DNA of 64,000 nt. Source: Azolla caroliniana. Taxonomy: Eukaryota > Plantae > Polypodiophyta. The stretch is from contig JBHGNT010000013.1 in NCBI GenBank assembly GCA_043228905.1, positions 6,882,001 through 6,946,000 of the forward strand, read 5' to 3'. The notes below the pieces were generated by a model, which did not search any database, had not been told where the DNA came from, and saw nothing but the letters and a program-made list of their open reading frames with translations. Both the position numbers and the translations under genes were made by a program. Below are positions 62,625-64,000 of this stretch, one piece after another. The number at the start of each line of letters is the position of its first letter. The stretch's first letter is position 1.

Positions 62625-64000
62625 TGTTGTCCATGGGACAAAAAGATAAATTAGTTAAATGTAATACGCCGGTAGGTAAGGCTAGTAGGTGATGAAGGTA
62701 GAGTTAGGAAAACGCCGAGTTTCGAGCCTCACAGTCAGCCGACGGCTCGGCTCTGTATGAAGAAAAGTATATAAACCGAGGTCTGCGTACCTCGGCAGGG
62801 GGAGATATCTAGAGTATAGGCGAGGTCGTTTTCATAATTACAAGAGCTTTGTAAGGTCAGCGGCCGTGAGCCATGTTTTGTAATCATCAATAACTGTTTG
62901 TAGTAATACATATCTATTAGCTCTTATTGTTTTCATATGTGTTCCTTCGTTACTACGATCTCAACTATGTATATGCGCCGGGTTATATTCCGGGTATGCT
63001 CTCCATTCTCTTCCCCTAATGACGCCTTCGTGCACAAGTCTTCACGTTACACATCCCTTGATACCGATAGCCTGTAGTTATATCAAAGGTGTTTCCAAAG
63101 GAACGGATAACACAATTTGGCACGCCCGGTTACAGCTGTGAGATCACAGCGAACTACTTTGAAGGCAACCTTCAGCCGCCATTACGGCGCCCAATCCCAC
63201 CAATCAGTCTCGGCCACCTGCCCGACGCTCTGAGCTAGTCGAAAGAACTTCCGACTCGGTGGTCACGGACCAGTCTTTCCAAGAAATATCGGAGGATCAC
63301 CGGTTGCAATCCTCGCCATCTGCTACACGGTCGCGAGTTGATTCCACACCAACCTCTCCACCAAGCCCTCAAGAGGTCACCCACCCTGACCCTAACCCTT
63401 TTCCGGTTTTACCGGAAGATCCAAATTTCGATACCTTGTCGTATCCTTACCCACGATACACCGACGACCCCGACACGGAGTTGCACATCCGTGCCTTCGT
63501 GTCCACATGGCAGGCCAACCACTCAATGCAGCGACTCTCACCCGCCGAAATCGATGCCTCAAAAATCGCCGAGTTTACGCTATCCCTCGATGGACCAGCT
63601 ACGCGATGGTATTCTCACCTCAACGCAAGGGAGTTTATCACCTTCCAAGACCTTCACACGAAGTTCCTAGAACTTTTCTATCGTGAGGTGCCCAAACGAG
63701 AACTGCTCCGACAGTTCTTTTCCATGAGCCAAGAACCGCACGAGACGATCGCACAGTTCGCGATCCGGTTCCAGGATCTCTACAGACAAGTGGCCGACGT
63801 TGTCTCTGCACAACACATTCCGAACGCATTCCTGTCCAGCTTACGAGAGCTTCTACGGACGACTCTCGCACTTACTAATTTTACCAACCAAACGATCGAG
63901 CAAGTCATAGCGCGCATCCTCCCCCTCGATCGGACATAGCAGAGCACAGCTTTCTCTATGAGTTCACTGCAAAGCGCCCTTCCCCAGGAGGACAATCGCT
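62625..64000 (+). mobile_element. Non-chromovirus Ty3/gypsy element C (same lineage as A and B), 5' end only: LTR 62625-63112, PBS 63118-63130, gag fragment
   Basis: TGTTGTCC...GGATAACA termini and PBS TGGCACGCCCGGT. Gag YPYPRYTDDPDTELHIRAFVSTWQANH..SKIAEF..LDGPATRW is homologous to A and B; stop at 63937. Confidence 0.92.

Overview
Eukaryotic (plant) genomic DNA. Self-priming Tcn1-type chromoviruses suggest a non-seed plant such as a fern or lycophyte (inference). The only host gene is an 8-exon ALE2-like extensin/proline-rich receptor-like kinase on the minus strand (CDS 7522->2670, about 979 aa). The rest, from about 11 kb onward, is a nested retrotransposon island whose boundaries resolve mostly by target-site duplications. 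It holds a full-length L1-type LINE (25591-58482, 14-bp TSD) invaded by a Tcn1-like chromovirus and a Tnt1-like Copia; that Copia is in turn invaded by a tRNA-Met-primed chromovirus and a non-chromovirus Ty3/gypsy. Further Copia, Tcn1 and Ty3/gypsy copies lie outside the LINE. Main discovery: two diverged non-chromovirus Ty3/gypsy elements (A, 13176-21492, minus; B, 41178-51056, plus) have no polypurine tract next to the 3' LTR. Instead both carry a copy of a tRNA-Arg 3' end (…TCCCACGGGCGTGCCA) ending 2 nt before the LTR, i.e. a second, inverted primer-binding site with a covarying hairpin and a T-loop match. A third member of the lineage (C, from 62625) uses the same sequence as its ordinary PBS. 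This suggests LTR retrotransposons that prime both DNA strands with tRNA or a tRNA mimic. tRNA identities are from memory and need a database check.
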